DNA from: Podarcis muralis
Lineage: Eukaryota
DNA: 64,000 nucleotides
Direction of reading: 5' to 3'
Assembly: GCF_964188315.1 (NCBI RefSeq)
Contig: NC_135660.1
Location: 19,282,001-19,346,000 of the forward strand
Below are positions 23,721-37,853 of this stretch, piece after piece. Position 1 is the first letter of the stretch; every line of letters starts with the position of its first letter. Below the pieces are notes generated by a model, which saw nothing but the letters and a program-made list of their open reading frames with translations, made no database searches and was not told the DNA's origin. The translations under genes and the position numbers were made by a program.

Positions 23721-26160
23721 ACGCTAATGTGTTTTGCTGAAATAGCAAGGGCTTCTACCTTGTATTTTGCTGAAATAGCAAGCTAGTGCACAGTTAACGT
23801 TGCCTCTAGGTTCGCCACCTTGCACCAAAAGATAGCAAGGCCTGACTCTTAAAGCACTGTAGGTCTATCTCAACTAATTAAACATTTCTTTACCCTATAT
23901 GCTTCCTTATGCATAGCCTTTCTTTATCTCTAATAACATTGGCCCACACCAAAGCAGCTGCCTGGGGACCATTAAAAAAAAATTTTTTCCACACTCCACT
24001 CAGTTACCCAGTCCCTGCTCTTTCCTACACAAGATAAGAAAACTCTTCCAAGAACTAATTAATCGCATGAGTACAAACTATCAAATACGCAAGACTGTTG
24101 GCTTCAGGAGCGGCGCCGGTTTCAGCATTATTTTCATTACAGAGCCCCAATTATGTTCTCCATAATAACTGCGTCCTTTTATCAGAACAGCCCAATCTCT
24201 GTGGTCAGTTGTATCTCTTAGGTCAGGGCTTGGCCAGTTGTCCATATTTTTTTCCCTTTGACCTATAAACAAGATGGGCATAACAATCCAAAACTCCAGC
24301 TTCTGCTGGACTGGAGGGAATTGGATTGCGTACAAGTGTCCCCTCTGCCCAGCTCTGGTGTCTGAGTCTGCCTTCCCCTGACCAATGGAGTAAAGCAAGT
24401 ATTACTTTCCTTGTGAGGAGCTTCCCCTTCCACCCTCCAAATGTAAGAGTGGATGGAGAGGTAGGTGTGACAGTCAGAAGGCCCTGAAATGAGGGAGAGA
24501 GGAGGAGGGACTGAACCAGCCTTGCATCTATTGGATCCTGAGTTGGTCTGACTGCTCTTGCAAGGCACCATTGGGTCCGATCACTGTGCCAGTCTGAAAA
24601 GGATCACTTGTGTGCATATACTGGTAGGTGCATAGGCTCCCCACATAGTCAGAAGCCACATGAAGTTCACAATTACACAGAAAGCCTTCCGTAGGGAGAG
24701 GGAGAAATTCAGCTCCCAGTTAAAGACAAATCGGTCAAGCTGAACTGAAACTGAAATGCAGCCATCTGTAGACACCTGCAAATTCTGCAATGCAGTTCTC
24801 CGACCAGTGTTTACAAAAGTTGATGTAGAAATGTGGTGAACTTAATTTGAGATTGGGAAAATGAGAAATAGAGGGAAGTGAAAATGACAGATCCTTCCAT
24901 CTCTAGTGTTTAGTTAGACATTTTCTTCTGAGACAGTCTAAGGGAGAAGGCAATAATTTCAGAACAGCTAGAACACACTATAGAATCTGGAGAGCACCGG
25001 TTTAGAGAAGACTGGGCTAGCATCTTGTTTTTCTAATGAAAACTGAGAGTTCAGGAAAGGATCCTGGAATATCCCTGAGTGGGGCAGGCCCCCACTGCCC
25101 TCCCTGTAGGGATGGCATTGGCTGGGGCTACAGCCAATCATGGTTTCCTCATAAGTGGCACGTATTTTTGGAAATGCGCGTGCATCTCAGGCTTTCTATT
25201 TTTAGGTGTACACTTGAAGCATGTGAAGCTTTCACAAAATGTAACATAAAGTAGCTCTCCAGTGCATGCTCAACAGGGAGAAACAGTCGATTCCATCTCC
25301 CTGGCTTTTTTTCAGCCGGAACTCTCCAGAATGGTGTTCCAGCACCTCTCAACTGGGCACCGGACTCGTGGGGAGAGAACTGACCAGCCTCAGCAAAGCC
25401 CTACTGCACCTCTGGCTCATGAGGAGTTCCTCTACAGATCCCAAAGGGAACATCCTCTACAGTCTCCAGAGAAGGTCTCTTCACAAGCTGGACGTGCAGC
25501 TCAGCTTTGCTGAAGCTCGTCAGCCTCCCAGCTTATAGCTGGTGTGTGGGGAAACCGTGTCTTATCTGATCAAGCCCCCATGCTGCTCTGGCTCACAGGA
25601 GCTAAGTAGGTGGGGGGGGCTTGATAAGCTGCTCAGCTGAGGCACAGAAACCTCTCTCCATGCCTCAGCAGAGCAGCCTCAACAAGCCTCAAAGATCCTC
25701 TTTGGGGTGGGTCTTCTGAGGAAGGTGTGTTCTGGCACCTTTTTCTCTAGGAAAAAGAAAAGGCACTGATTATACTTGTTTGGTATAAGTACTTCTTTGT
25801 CCTATTCAAATAGCTACGTTTTCAGCTATTCTCCTTTTTAAAAACTGTGTGAAGAAGCCTTTAATGCCTGCTACCTATTGCATATAGTATGGCTGATTCA
25901 TTTATACCAAAAACCAGTGAATTCCATTCATATGTTTAAGGCAGGGGGCCTTCTTGGTAGTGGCACCCACTCTGTTGAATGCCCTCCCGTCAGAAGTCAA
26001 GAAAATAAACAACTACTGTATCTGACTTTTAGAGGACATCTGAAGGCAACCCTGTTTAGGGAAGTTTTTAATGTTTGATGTTTATCGTGTTTTTAATATT
26101 CTGTTGGGAGCCGCCCAGAGTGGCTGGGAAAACCCAGCCAAATGGGCAGGGTATAAATAA

Positions 26161-26201
<41 letters not shown>
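26161..26201 (+). repeat. (ATT)n microsatellite; similar tracts at 28359-28398 and 32722-32756
   Basis: Direct reading. Confidence 0.95.
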
Positions 26202-27407
26202 CTGGGGGGGGGAGAAGTATCACATGGAGGAGGAGAGGGGAGTCGTGTTTGGAGAAAAAGCACTCATCTTTCTGGTGAGGAAACTTTGACAATTGCCCAT
26301 ATGTATGATTTTAGAGAAACCCTAAAAAACATGAGACTGCAAACTCACTATGCGAGGAGATTAGTGCCTTGAGCTGCATTTTCCTGACATTTCCCTAACT
26401 GTTTAATTTCTGCATTACGTTTGCGCTTTCGCGTGCCAAAAAAAAAAAGCCACTTCCAGAAATACAGCAAAATATAACACGTGTTTAGCACTCATTTCCG
26501 GGGCGGGGGAGAGTGGAGTTTGCAAATAACATGGAAATGAGAGATAACTTTGTGTTGTGCTTCAGTATCCCTAGTGAACCAGCCTCCACTGGGTGGGTGG
26601 AGCCTAGATGTGTGATCCCACTCCACAGTCCACACACAGGCTGCAACATTCTCCATGGTACTCCAGAATCTGTCACCTGAGAATTCCTCAGGTCTTTGGA
26701 TCCCTTGCAACAACAGACCGCCTTGTGCTGTTTTACATCCAGTCTGCAGTTGTGGAAATCTGCAGCTGTGGAAATTTCAAATCGAAAGAAGATCAAGCAT
26801 GAGATCCGATACTTGCAGCAATACACACCCGCTGATACAACATTGACTACTCCAACGTTCTTTTAATATTTCAGGAAGACAGTTGCCTTTGTTAGAAGTC
26901 TGTCAGTTCAGAATTCCAGGCTTTTTACAAGAGGACAGAAAGAACACAACCAATATCCAGCTCAATTATCTTTTCTCCACTGCGACATTACTAATACCAA
27001 CTTTAATAAAACTTGGGGAAAAAACATCTGGTGCATAAGGTTGAGTGAGCAAGAACATTCTGAGCAGCCGAAGAACATTCAGAGTAGCTCATTCAGAGGA
27101 CGGCACAGCTGAATCCCTATCAGAGATAATTCCATAATGATGATCAAGTCAAGCATAATTACACACGTTGAAAGGTTTTAATAGGAAGGAATAAATGGAA
27201 GCAAAATTAGGCCCTTTTTACTCAGTGCATTAGGAAGGTGCAATCATCTTTGGACCATATCATCTTTGGACCATATCTGATTCTCCATTTTCATAAAATT
27301 TCACATAAATTACTTATTATGGACATCTTGGGTTCAGGAAGGGTGGTGAGAAGACTAAAAAAGAACTCAGCACATTGTTTCACAGATTTCCTATCTATAA
27401 AAAAATA

Positions 27408-27641
27408 CAGTGGTACCTCGGGTTAAGTACTTAATTCGTTTTGGAGATCTGTTCTTAACCTGAAACTGTTCTTAACCTGAAGCACCACTTTAGCTAATGG
27501 GGCCTCCCGCTGCCACCGGAGCACGACTTCTGTTCTCATCCTGAAGCAAAGTTCTTAACCTGAGGTAATATTTCTGGGTTAGCAGAGTCTATAACCTGAA
27601 GCATATGTAACCTGAAGCGTACGTAACCCGAGGTACCACTG
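27408..27641. mobile_element. Tc1/mariner (Tigger-like) MITE
   Basis: TIR CAGTGGTACCTCG / CGAGGTACCACTG; TA TSD. Confidence 0.9.
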
Positions 27642-28357
27642 TATACTTTCTTCAGGGAGTGCGGCTCCCCTCAGTTCAAAAACATGCAATGCACAATATG
27701 TGGTTTCATACAGTCCATTCAAATATAAGATGGTACATTATGAGGAGGCAGCCCCAATAGCCATGCAGGGGGGGATGTGTGCAGTGTCATGTGTGTCCAT
27801 CCTCCCCCCCCCCCCCCGCGAGCTGTAATTCACACACACACAAGGATTGGGGGGGGTTGAAATTTTGTGACATAACCGAAAATGACAACCACTATTTAAA
27901 CAATGACAGCTTTTTTTAAGAACAGGAGAAAATTAATAATAGGATCCTCTGGAAAATTCAGGGCTGCTTGGTGTTATGAAAAATCTTGAATTTTGTTTTC
28001 CTTCAGTGTTTGCGAAGAAAGTTATTGAGATTCTAGAACCTGTAGATAAGGTCTCACAAGCCCAAGAAACGTGGCAGGGGGACTTTTTTTGTATTGATGT
28101 TGTCATGATACAAAATTCATTTGAATTTTTGAGAAACTAGCTCCACACTAGTTTTTAAATTGTTAATCGTAGCATAAACTATTTTGCTTGAATTACACCT
28201 TCTGGTACCCCTTAGGTCACCTGTATCATAAGCATCCTTTTTTCTTATGAAGCAAAACAATTTGTGGGTCATTTAATTCCTGGTGTTCATAGTAAATTTC
28301 TGTGAACTTGACCTTTACATGGCCCGTCATGTAAGTTAACTCCCTCTCTCCATGTAG

Positions 28358-28402
<45 letters not shown>

Positions 28403-29190
28403 ATTGGAAAAATGGGATTATAAACTATCCTGAGGTTGAGTACTTACTCCTAAACCCAGCCTCATGTGGACCTTCCTACCAGAATCAGTGTATGTGACAG
28501 TATGTTAATACGAAGCTGTAGAAATGTACTTTTTATTATTAACTCAATTGTACAAGTAACCAAATTCAGGGGGGTTTAAAAGAACAAAATCAGGAGAGGA
28601 TTATCCAGACTATTTCTCCTGAAGGTTCTTTCAGATCTTGTCCAAATGTGATTTGCTGTCATCATGTGCACACAGAAGTCCGGCCTGCTTACTTCATGGA
28701 GCACTTTGTCTCCAATGCGGCGAGAGGGCTTTGCGCCAACAAGCTGATAATAAGGCACACATCTGCAAAGCCCCAGCTTCAGAGTCAGCCAAGAGCCAAA
28801 CAACAAAAAGGCTGTTTTTCACGATGTTGGCAACAGGTTGAGGGAAGAAGGTTATGTGGTCACTTCCCTTTTCAGGAGAAGCCCTGGTATGTTCTGCTCC
28901 AAGCAGCTGAGGACAATCCGTCCCATTGTATGAACTCCCGTAACCCAAACAATTAGCAAGGTAATGGCCTGTGAGGTTTGCTGAAGCAGAACATCACCTT
29001 AAACGCGCAGGGAGGAAAGTTTGGAAAGGCCCATGGCTATCAAATGCTACACCCCGAAAACAGAAGAGAAGGGTGGTAACAGTGGCGATGCCGGGATTAT
29101 CAAAGAAAAGAGAGAAAGCTTGGAAGCCCCTGAATAGCTGCTTCTTTCATGGGGACGGCACAGAAATGCAGTCAAGAAGCATATAGAATA

Positions 29191-29432
29191 CAGTGGTACC
29201 TCGGGTTACATACGCTTCAGGTTACATATGCTTCAGGTTACAGACTCTGCTAACCCAGAAATAGTACCTCAAGTTAAGAACTTTGCTTCAGGATGAGAAT
29301 AGAAATCATGCTCCAACGGCGTGGCAGCAGCGGGAGGCCCCATTAGCTAAAGTGGTGCTTCAGGTTAAGAACAGTTTCAGGTTAAGAACAGACCTCCAGA
29401 ATGAATTAAGTTCTTAACCAGAGGTACCACTG
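29191..29432. mobile_element. Tigger-like MITE, same family, opposite orientation to 27408-27641
   Basis: CAGTGGTACCTC TIRs; TA TSD. Confidence 0.9.
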
Positions 29433-30538
29433 TATCTGCAAATTCAGCCCTGACCCAAGTACCAGGGAGAACCTTCTCTTTTAGGCATTGGAACCTAAAT
29501 ATTTTAGGACCTTCTGCTCCCCCTCCCCCTTGCTCACACACTACCAAAGGGTATTTCAGATATAACACAAGAAGAAATTTTCAGATTTTTTATTAAGGAA
29601 GCAATTGTTTTGGGTTTTTTAAAGAGCATTATGCACTTTTTAAATATCTCCCCAAATTTGCCACTGGAGATAGCTGCCTCGTGACAGAAGTTCTGCGCTA
29701 TGCCTGGGCACATGGCCGTCTTTACCTGGGGGTGCAAGGGGTACAGTACCCCTGGGCGCCGAATCTGGGGGCCTGCCAAGTGTTTACCTACTGCATACCG
29801 GTCTCTCTCGATCGGCGGCAGTGAAAAGCAATGGAGCGGATCCCCCCACCTCTGTTGCTCTGTTACTCCGTAGTGTCAAACAAAAGCAACTAACAACTTT
29901 AAGTTCACCCCCCCCCCCCAAAGAAAGGGGGCGCTGGGCAGATCTTTGCACCCTGGCAGTGCATATGCTAAACACGCCCTGCCTGGACAGGAAATGCCAA
30001 CGTGTCAGAGCCCCAAGGTTGCATGCAGTCTCTAATCTAAGATTCTGTTTTTATCTATGTTTTATTTATTGTATAGGTCAAGTGTTTGTGTACGATTCTG
30101 CTGTACAATTTATGTTCATATGTTTCTGTTTGGCTACAACCTGTATTTTGTTGACTTATTGATAGATCTGAATTGTTCCCAATGTCTCCATCCCTGACCT
30201 TGCTTACTTTCATTCATCGTGCAGGAACATCTCTTGGGGGCTTCTAAGTGTGTTCAGCTTAACATATTTTGAAGCCTCCTGGGAACTCCGTGTTGCCAAT
30301 GTCTCTGATCCTGGAGAGATTTCTAAGCATGCTCAGCAAAACACACTTGGAAGCCGCCTTCAGATCTTCCCACTTGTCATAGGAAGTGTCAGGTCAGCAT
30401 CATAGCTGTCAATGTTTCCCTTTTTTTAAGGGAAATTCCCTTATTCCGAATAGGATTCCTCGCAAGAAAAGGGAAAAGTTGACAGCTATGGTCAGCATGC
30501 GCAGGGTTATCAAAGAGGGAACCCCTGCACTTGTTGGC

Positions 30539-30569
<31 letters not shown>

Positions 30570-31078
30570 TATACATATACATACATACACCCCCAGAAAT
30601 GCTAGAGTATTTGCTAGTGCACTCATGAGTTGGCTCTAGACTCTGTAAGAATAGAGTCATCAAAATCAGTAGAACTTCAGTTACTCATTACCAACTTAAG
30701 TGCCATTGATTTCATTAAATATGACTAAATCAAGATCAAACCTAATGTCTTCTTCCCCTTATAATAGAACATTGACCCCCCCCCCCCAATTATTCATTAG
30801 TCCTTGTGGTGTCAACGAGGCCCCATTGTATAAATGTGCATGTCAGTGGCACATCTAACCATCTCGTCAACTTCCTATAGACATCTGGTTGGCCACTGTG
30901 GGAACAGAATGATGGATTATATGGGGGTTTGATCTGATCTGGCCGGGCTCATCTTATGCATTTGTGTACATCCATATCTAGTCTGCATCCACATCTCCCA
31001 GTCCAGAAAAGGAATTTACATGAATCATCTCTTTTTTAAATTGGGCTAATTCATCAACCAGGAATATTGGTGTATAGT

Positions 31079-31510
31079 NNNNNNNNNNNNNNNNNNNNNN
31101 NNNNNNNNNNNNNNNNNNNNNNNNNNNNNNNNNNNNNNNNNNNNNNNNNNNNNNNNNNNNNNNNNNNNNNNNNNNNNNNNNNNNNNNNNNNNNNNNNNNN
31201 NNNNNNNNNNNNNNNNNNNNNNNNNNNNNNNNNNNNNNNNNNNNNNNNNNNNNNNNNNNNNNNNNNNNNNNNNNNNNNNNNNNNNNNNNNNNNNNNNNNN
31301 NNNNNNNNNNNNNNNNNNNNNNNNNNNNNNNNNNNNNNNNNNNNNNNNNNNNNNNNNNNNNNNNNNNNNNNNNNNNNNNNNNNNNNNNNNNNNNNNNNNN
31401 NNNNNNNNNNNNNNNNNNNNNNNNNNNNNNNNNNNNNNNNNNNNNNNNNNNNNNNNNNNNNNNNNNNNNNNNNNNNNNNNNNNNNNNNNNNNNNNNNNNN
31501 NNNNNNNNNN
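31079..31510. other. Assembly gap (432 N)
   Basis: Run of N. Confidence 1.
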
Positions 31511-31929
31511 TAGTGCCCATTCCATGTTTATCTGGAAGTATAACTTTGTTCCATGGGGCACATGGCTGGGATTATTTATTTACTTTATTTTTTATGTTAC
31601 TTTTTAAAAATAGGGTTTACATACTGTTACATAATCATCAATAAACCTCTGTGGTTTACCTAGAATATAAACCTTTTCATTAAAAAAGAATACTCATACG
31701 ATCAACCATAAAAAGAAGTTAACCTGAAATATATCAGAATGCAAGTTTTTACAAAACTTCTGTATATGTGAATAAAGCTGCATGTTGAAATTGCAGGTAT
31801 AGCAGGATTGTAGACTTCATCATCACACGTAAGTCCAATTTAATAAATGGAGCTTAAGGTACTTGCAGTTTATTTGTACCACTAAGACTGCAATCCTAAC
31901 CCCACTTATCCGGGAGTAAAACCCATTTA

Positions 31930-32151
31930 CAGTGGTACCTCGGGTTAAGTACTTAATTCGTTCCAGAGGTCCGTTCTTAACCTGAAACTGTTCTTAACCT
32001 GAGGTACCACTTTAGCACGATTTCTGTTTTCATCCTGAAGCAAAGTTCTTAACCCGAGGCACTATTTCTGGGTTAGCGGAGTCTGTAACCTGAAGCATCT
32101 GTAACCTGAAGCGTATGTAACCTGAAGCATATGTAACCTGAGGTACCACTG
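31930..32151. mobile_element. Tigger-like MITE nested in an older quasi-palindromic repeat
   Basis: CAGTGGTACCTC TIRs, TA TSD; flanks CTGCAATCCTAACC... and ...GGTTAGGATTGCA form the host element. Confidence 0.88.
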
Positions 32152-32720
32152 TAATTCATTTCGGATTTACCCCTGAGTAGCTATGGTTAGGATTGCACCA
32201 TAAGTCCTACTGAGCAAAGTTGCCCTGGCTGGCTACTATCCCCCCCTTTCTTCTTTTTCCATCACTGCCTTCACCTTGTTATATCCAAATGGGACCAGGG
32301 AAGATTCCTATTTGAAGATTCCTGCAGAGCTGCTGCCAGTCAATGCAAGCTGAGCTGGATGGACCAATATTCTGCCTCAATATAAGGCAGTGTCCTTACA
32401 GTGTCTTTGTAATATTTTCTTGATACAGGGATACCTCAGCAGGCCCTGGAGGGCTGCTGCCAGTCAGTGTAAACTACACTGGCCTAGGCGAACCAACACT
32501 CTAACATGGCATTAGGCATCTTCCTGTGTTCCAAGTTCATTGTATATTTATCTGGGTACCATTTGCTGTAAGAAACTATCTAATCAGCTGCCTTGAAGAC
32601 CCTGTATTTCATAGAAGCCCCTTCCATATAAACATTTTTTTTGCCAAAATATCCAAATATATTTAGTTACATTTAATTTAAGTTCAGTATTCTTCTTTCC
32701 CCCCAACTCAGCTTTAATAT

Positions 32721-32757
<37 letters not shown>

Positions 32758-34276
32758 TCTCTAATAAAATTGGATTGTTCATGTTTTCAGAAGTTGTCTA
32801 TAAAGAAAAACCTTAAGAAAATGTTTGCTTGCTCTAGTTCTTTCTCCTTTGGTCTCAGAACCTCCATCTTGAACTTTGCTCCAGGAAAAAGTCTTGTTTC
32901 ATACATAATTGGTTTCATGAATCAAACTCTACTGACAACGACAGTTGCAGCCCAAAATGTTTGTTATAAAAAACCCTCCTTCAAAAGAGTGAAACGTTTT
33001 GTTATTTATCTCCTACCTTATGAATATTCCTCTAATCGGGACTTCTCACCCTGCATAGTACATTGAAGGAGCCAATCTTATTCTCTGGTAGGTTGCAATC
33101 TATTTTATTTCTTTAATTACTTTAATCATAGCCAATGAGAGGATGCGGTAGACAGGGAAGAACGGGGATTGGCGACTTCTCTAGAAAGTCAACAGCATGA
33201 CACTGAAATTGGAGTAAATGCAAATTCAATGCCAACTGCGGGTCAGGAGTCGGTTTTTCAGCTGGTTCTTTGTTCTTTGGGCACTTGCTACTTACCTTTA
33301 GAGACAATAGAGTTTTCCTCTAATAGCTACATTAAAAGCAGTTGCTAGTAACTAGACGGTGGGGGGGGTTGTCAATTTAGAAAGTTATTTACAGCATATG
33401 ATGTGTCTACCTTCATAACGATGCTATAAAGTAGCCTCTGTTATAAACATCTCACAGACAGACAGCTGAGGCACCCAAGACGGCAACTTGTAAAGGTATT
33501 TGTGGTGTGCAATGAGTCCACCTTCACTGCAATGCTGTAAAGTCACTTATGTTATAGTCATCTTGCATACCCTCCAACATTTTGGGAGGGCAATTCGGGG
33601 AATCCCCACCACCCCGCTGCCCCCTACCCCGTTCCTCGCCCCCTCCCTGCCACCGTCTTAGGGTCCTTCGCTCTGGCGCAACCACCTCAGGGGAGCAAAA
33701 TTAGGACATTTGGGATTGGGAACAGAAGCCCCGTGGCTTCTGCCAATCCGTGATGTCCCAGGTAAATTGGGCCACTTAAGGGGTCTGAGACCAGCCCACG
33801 TTTATCATCCTCACAGATAGCATTAATCTGCTTAAGGCACTTGCATTCTATTTGCTTTCCTTCCATTTCACCAGAAAGCTTCCAAATAAGGATAACAGTA
33901 GAAATATACTCTTGTCGATTTTCTTTCATCAGCTGATGCGGGAGCAAAACCGATTGCCAACTCCAGTGTGCGCAGGGGTGTAGACGTGCAATAACATCAC
34001 TGTTGCTACACTCTGAACTAAACGCACATTTGCTGGCGCAGTAAGTTTTAGGACTAGGCTATTAATCATCATGGCCTCATAGTCAGTGTGGTTTGTCAGA
34101 AATATGAGGGATTGGTGGCCTTCCATTGGCACCCACTTAGGAACTCCTGACCCAGAGCTCCTGAGGTCAAGATTTATGGGGGGAAGTGGAAAGCCGAGCA
34201 GATTCCAGGCCTCTTCGGAGCAAAACGCCTCACTCCTGTCTGTCTTTGTCAGTGAGTGTGCCTGCTAGGCTGCTTA

Positions 34277-34523
34277 AGAAGAAGAGTTTGGATTTGATAT
34301 CCCGCTTTATCACTACCCGAAGGAGTCTCAAAGTGGCTCACAATCTCCTTTCCCTTCCTCCCCCACAACAAACACTCTGTGAGGTGAGTGAGGCTGAGAG
34401 ACTTCAGAGAAGTGTGACTAGCCCAAGGTCACCCAGCAGCTGCATGTGGAGGAGCGGGGAAGCGAACCCGGTTCACCAGATTACGAACCCACCACTCTTA
34501 ACCACTACACCACACTGGCTCTC
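34277..34523 (-). mobile_element. tRNA-derived MIR-like SINE; an older related copy lies at about 34786-35012
   Basis: Minus-strand head GAGAGCCAGTGTGGTGTAGTGGTTAAGAG, core CCCAAGGTCACCCAGC, (TCT)n tail. Confidence 0.75.
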
Positions 34524-35349
34524 TTAACTGATGGTTAAACAAATCTTCACCTCTGCACAAAAACTCTGGGCGTCGTGAGAGTGACATGCTAAATGGAGAA
34601 AGGGAAATATGCAGCATGCAAGTCAAAATATAAATGTATTTATTTAAAACATTTATAAGCCACCTTTTTTTTCAAGTGGTGCATTACATAAGACCAGTAA
34701 AACAGCAATATAAAAGCAAGGATTCAAGGAATTAATATGGATTTTTTTTTAAAAAAAGGGCCCAAATCTTATGGGTCAGAGAATTTACTTATTGCGTTTG
34801 TATCCTACCTTTTTGTCCAAGGAGCTCAATACGGCATATATAGTTGCCCCCCTCCTCATTTAATGCCCACAACAACCCTATGAGGTAGGTTAGGCTGAGA
34901 GGCAGGCTGCCCCAGCATCACCCAGTGAGCTTCATGGTCAAGTGTGGTTTGAACCCCCATCTTCCAGGTTCTAGCCCACCGATGCTCTAACCACGATACC
35001 ACACTGTCTCTCGAGGAAAGCCTAGGCAAAAAAAAAAAAGGTGTCTACAAGACACCTGAAGCAACTGATGGCTGCTGCTGCTTCATGCATAAGATAGGGA
35101 AGAACATTCCCTAGTACAGGGTCAATAGCAGGAAATACCCACTTTGGGGTTGTTGCCCTGTGATATTCTGTAGGTACCACAAGTGGAATTTCCCCAGGTG
35201 ATTATGTGATCTTATAGATCTATATAGAGGCAGGTGGTCCTTTAAGGTAGCCTGGTCCTGAGCTGTTCAGGGCTTTATATGTTAACAGTTAAATCATTTG
35301 TTTGTTTGTTTTTAAAACTTCCTATTTAGGACTTCCAGAAGCTGAGCAT

Positions 35350-35673
35350 GACGTGGGTGGTGCTGTGGTTAAACCACAGAGCCTAGGACTTGCTGATCAG
35401 TTCGAATCTCCGCGACAAGGTGAGCTCCCGTTGCTCAGTCCCTGCTCCTGCCAACCTAGCAGTTTGAAAGCACATCAAAGTGCAAGTAGATAAACAGGTA
35501 CCACTCCGGTGGGAAGGTAAACGGTGTTTCCGTGCGCTGCTCTGGTCATGCTGGCCACATGACCCGGAAGCTGTACGCCAGCTCCCTCAGCCAATAAAGC
35601 GAGATGAGCGTGCAACCCCAGAGTCAGTCACGACTGGACCTAATGGTCAGGGGTCCCTTTACCTTTACCTTTA
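35350..35673 (+). mobile_element. Sauria SINE
   Basis: GACGTGGGTGGTGCTGTGGTTAAACCACAG head; GTGCAAGTAGATAAACAGGTACC core; CCTTTACCTTTACC tail. Confidence 0.9.
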
Positions 35674-37708
35674 TGCCCATCTACTCTGCATCCAGCATGC
35701 ACCCACCACTGGTTTGGGAAATGGTATACACAAGGCATTAGCTACAATCCATAACTATCCTGTCATTTCTTGTGGAATACTGCATTTTTGTTACGTTTCC
35801 CCCCCCCCCCCCAAACTAGCTTCAATCTGAATTCAGAAAAAGGAGGACCTAGCTGGTAGGTAATGTTTGAACAACCAGCTTTTAGGACAAAGTCTAAGCT
35901 CCTGCCACAATGAACTGCTGGTGATGCATGGGCAAGAATCTCCCTTTAATGGCTATAGAGTTTAAAATGTTTCTAATTACACTCTATTGTAAGTAGCAAT
36001 AAACAGTATGAAACCAATAAAGTGCATATTGCCTTTCATTTATTGTTCAGGGTGATAAATCTACTGCATTATGAGAGGGGTGGTGAATCTTTTTTTTTTT
36101 CCCCTAATAGCTTTGCATCCAAAAATTGGAAAGAAAATGAAATATAATAACAGACGCAAAAACTGCAATGTTGTTACAAAAGGGCAATTTGCACTTGCAA
36201 TTTGGAAGGAAATTGCTTGCTTGGGTTCAATCAATTGCATCTTAATTATGATGCACACACACTTTGAATCAAAAAGTTTAAATTTTACTTGTGCATCAGC
36301 AAAGTTACCCACCGCTTTTAAGAACAACATCTCGATTTCATTCCTCATCCATTCCTTGGCTGGCATCATTTTTCTAAACAATACCGTTTATCTGAATTGC
36401 TTTATGGTGTGAATATCTAAAAGAAGGGGATGTCTATAATTATGTCCAGCCCTGGAAAGCGATGAAGTGCAATCTGTTTTAAATAGTAGATCAAGCTGCT
36501 GATATGTTTCTTTTCCCCCCTCCCTTTTTTTTCATTTAAAGTAAGAAAGTTCGGGACAGTATCACATTCATCTCTCCTTTTTCAAACGACTTACTTTTGC
36601 CTGCAATACTCAAAATGCTTCTGCTCCCTTGATCTTAATTAAAGCTGCCTGAAAAGACTGCTGAAGGAATCATTGAATCTGGCTTTTTTTAAAAAAAAAA
36701 TATTAGGATTTGTTGTCTCGTTTTTTTATTATTTTATTGATAGGATTATGATTTATGGATTGTGACCTACTCTGGGAGCCTTTTTAAACTGAAAGGTAAC
36801 ATTGAAATCACTTGACCGTGATTCCTGCATTGCAGGAGTTTAGACTAGATGATTCTTTGGGTCCCTCCCAACTATACAGTTCTGAATCTATGACACACTT
36901 TGCAGGGGGCAAACCTATTAGCTACAAAGAATCGTCAAAGCAATCCTATGCATCAGGCTGGGCAATCTGGGGTCCTTGGGCCCAATATGAAAAGTCATCT
37001 TCAAGCAATTAGTTCAGATCATATTCCTTCCATGTGCAGCCCTCCAGATGTGGTTAGACTTTAACTTCCATTGATCTGATGTGTAGAGAGCTATTCCTAT
37101 TCTAATTAATTCAAGAGGTTTCTGGAAGCTTCTCTGTGTGAAAGAAACTGGTGCAAGCTGGAAGTTTCTGGCTGACATGTAAGTTTCTATTCTGCCTAGA
37201 AACAAGCAGAAGGTTCATAATGTTTGGGTTATTCCTTCCGAGAAGCTGAGTGCAGCTGGCTTAAACTGGTTCTGTTATCTCTTTCTGTCAAGGTCATGCT
37301 GACTATAATATTAAAGCCAGAAGGAGCATGGGTTTTCCTTTCTATCTCTCTTTCCTTCTGGCGTGATGGTTTGTATATAGTATGCTTAGTGTTAAAGTTT
37401 TAGTCTTATTATAAGTCATTGTAAGTTTAAATTAAGTCTGCTGCAACTGGATTTCTTATGGACAGTGCCAATCCTGAATGTATTGGATTTGTGACCGTTA
37501 TGTTCATTTGCCTTCAGTAAAGCTCTGCTGGATGAAATATGAATTGCCTCTGGTCTATTTTCGGGAATCCTGCAACGTGTTTAAGTTTTTACTCTGCTGA
37601 CTATACGTTGGAATCTGCTCTGAATCAATATGAGTAGAATTCACGTCACCATCAGCCCCAGGCAACATGGCCGATGGCCGGGAATGATGAAAACTGTAGT
37701 CCTAAACA

Positions 37709-37853
37709 GCTGGATAGCTCAGTTGGTTAGAGAACGATGCAGATAACGGCAAGGTTGCAGGCGTGATCCGCGTAAGGGTTATCTGCATATTCCTGCATAG
37801 CAGGGGGTTGTACTAGATGATCCTCAGGGTCTCTTCCAACTCTATGATAATGA
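37709..37853 (+). mobile_element. Short SINE with tRNA-Ile-like head and CR1-like tail
   Basis: TAGCTCAGTTGGTTAGAG head; CAGGGGGTTGTACTAGATGA...TTCCAACTCTATGA tail. Reverse-orientation tail fragments near 628-745 and 20424-20490. Confidence 0.7.

Noticed and set aside
25262-25538. Overlapping 83-90 aa ORFs between the two genes
   Set aside because: No recognisable domain or convincing splice signals.
32719-33066. Poly-Tyr ORF (also poly-Leu/Asn ORFs at 26068-26292)
   Set aside because: Translations of (ATT)n microsatellites.
37177-37578. Possible solo LTR (TGTAAG start, AGTAAA signal, GCAACG end)
   Set aside because: No CA end or TSD could be confirmed, so it is too weak to list.
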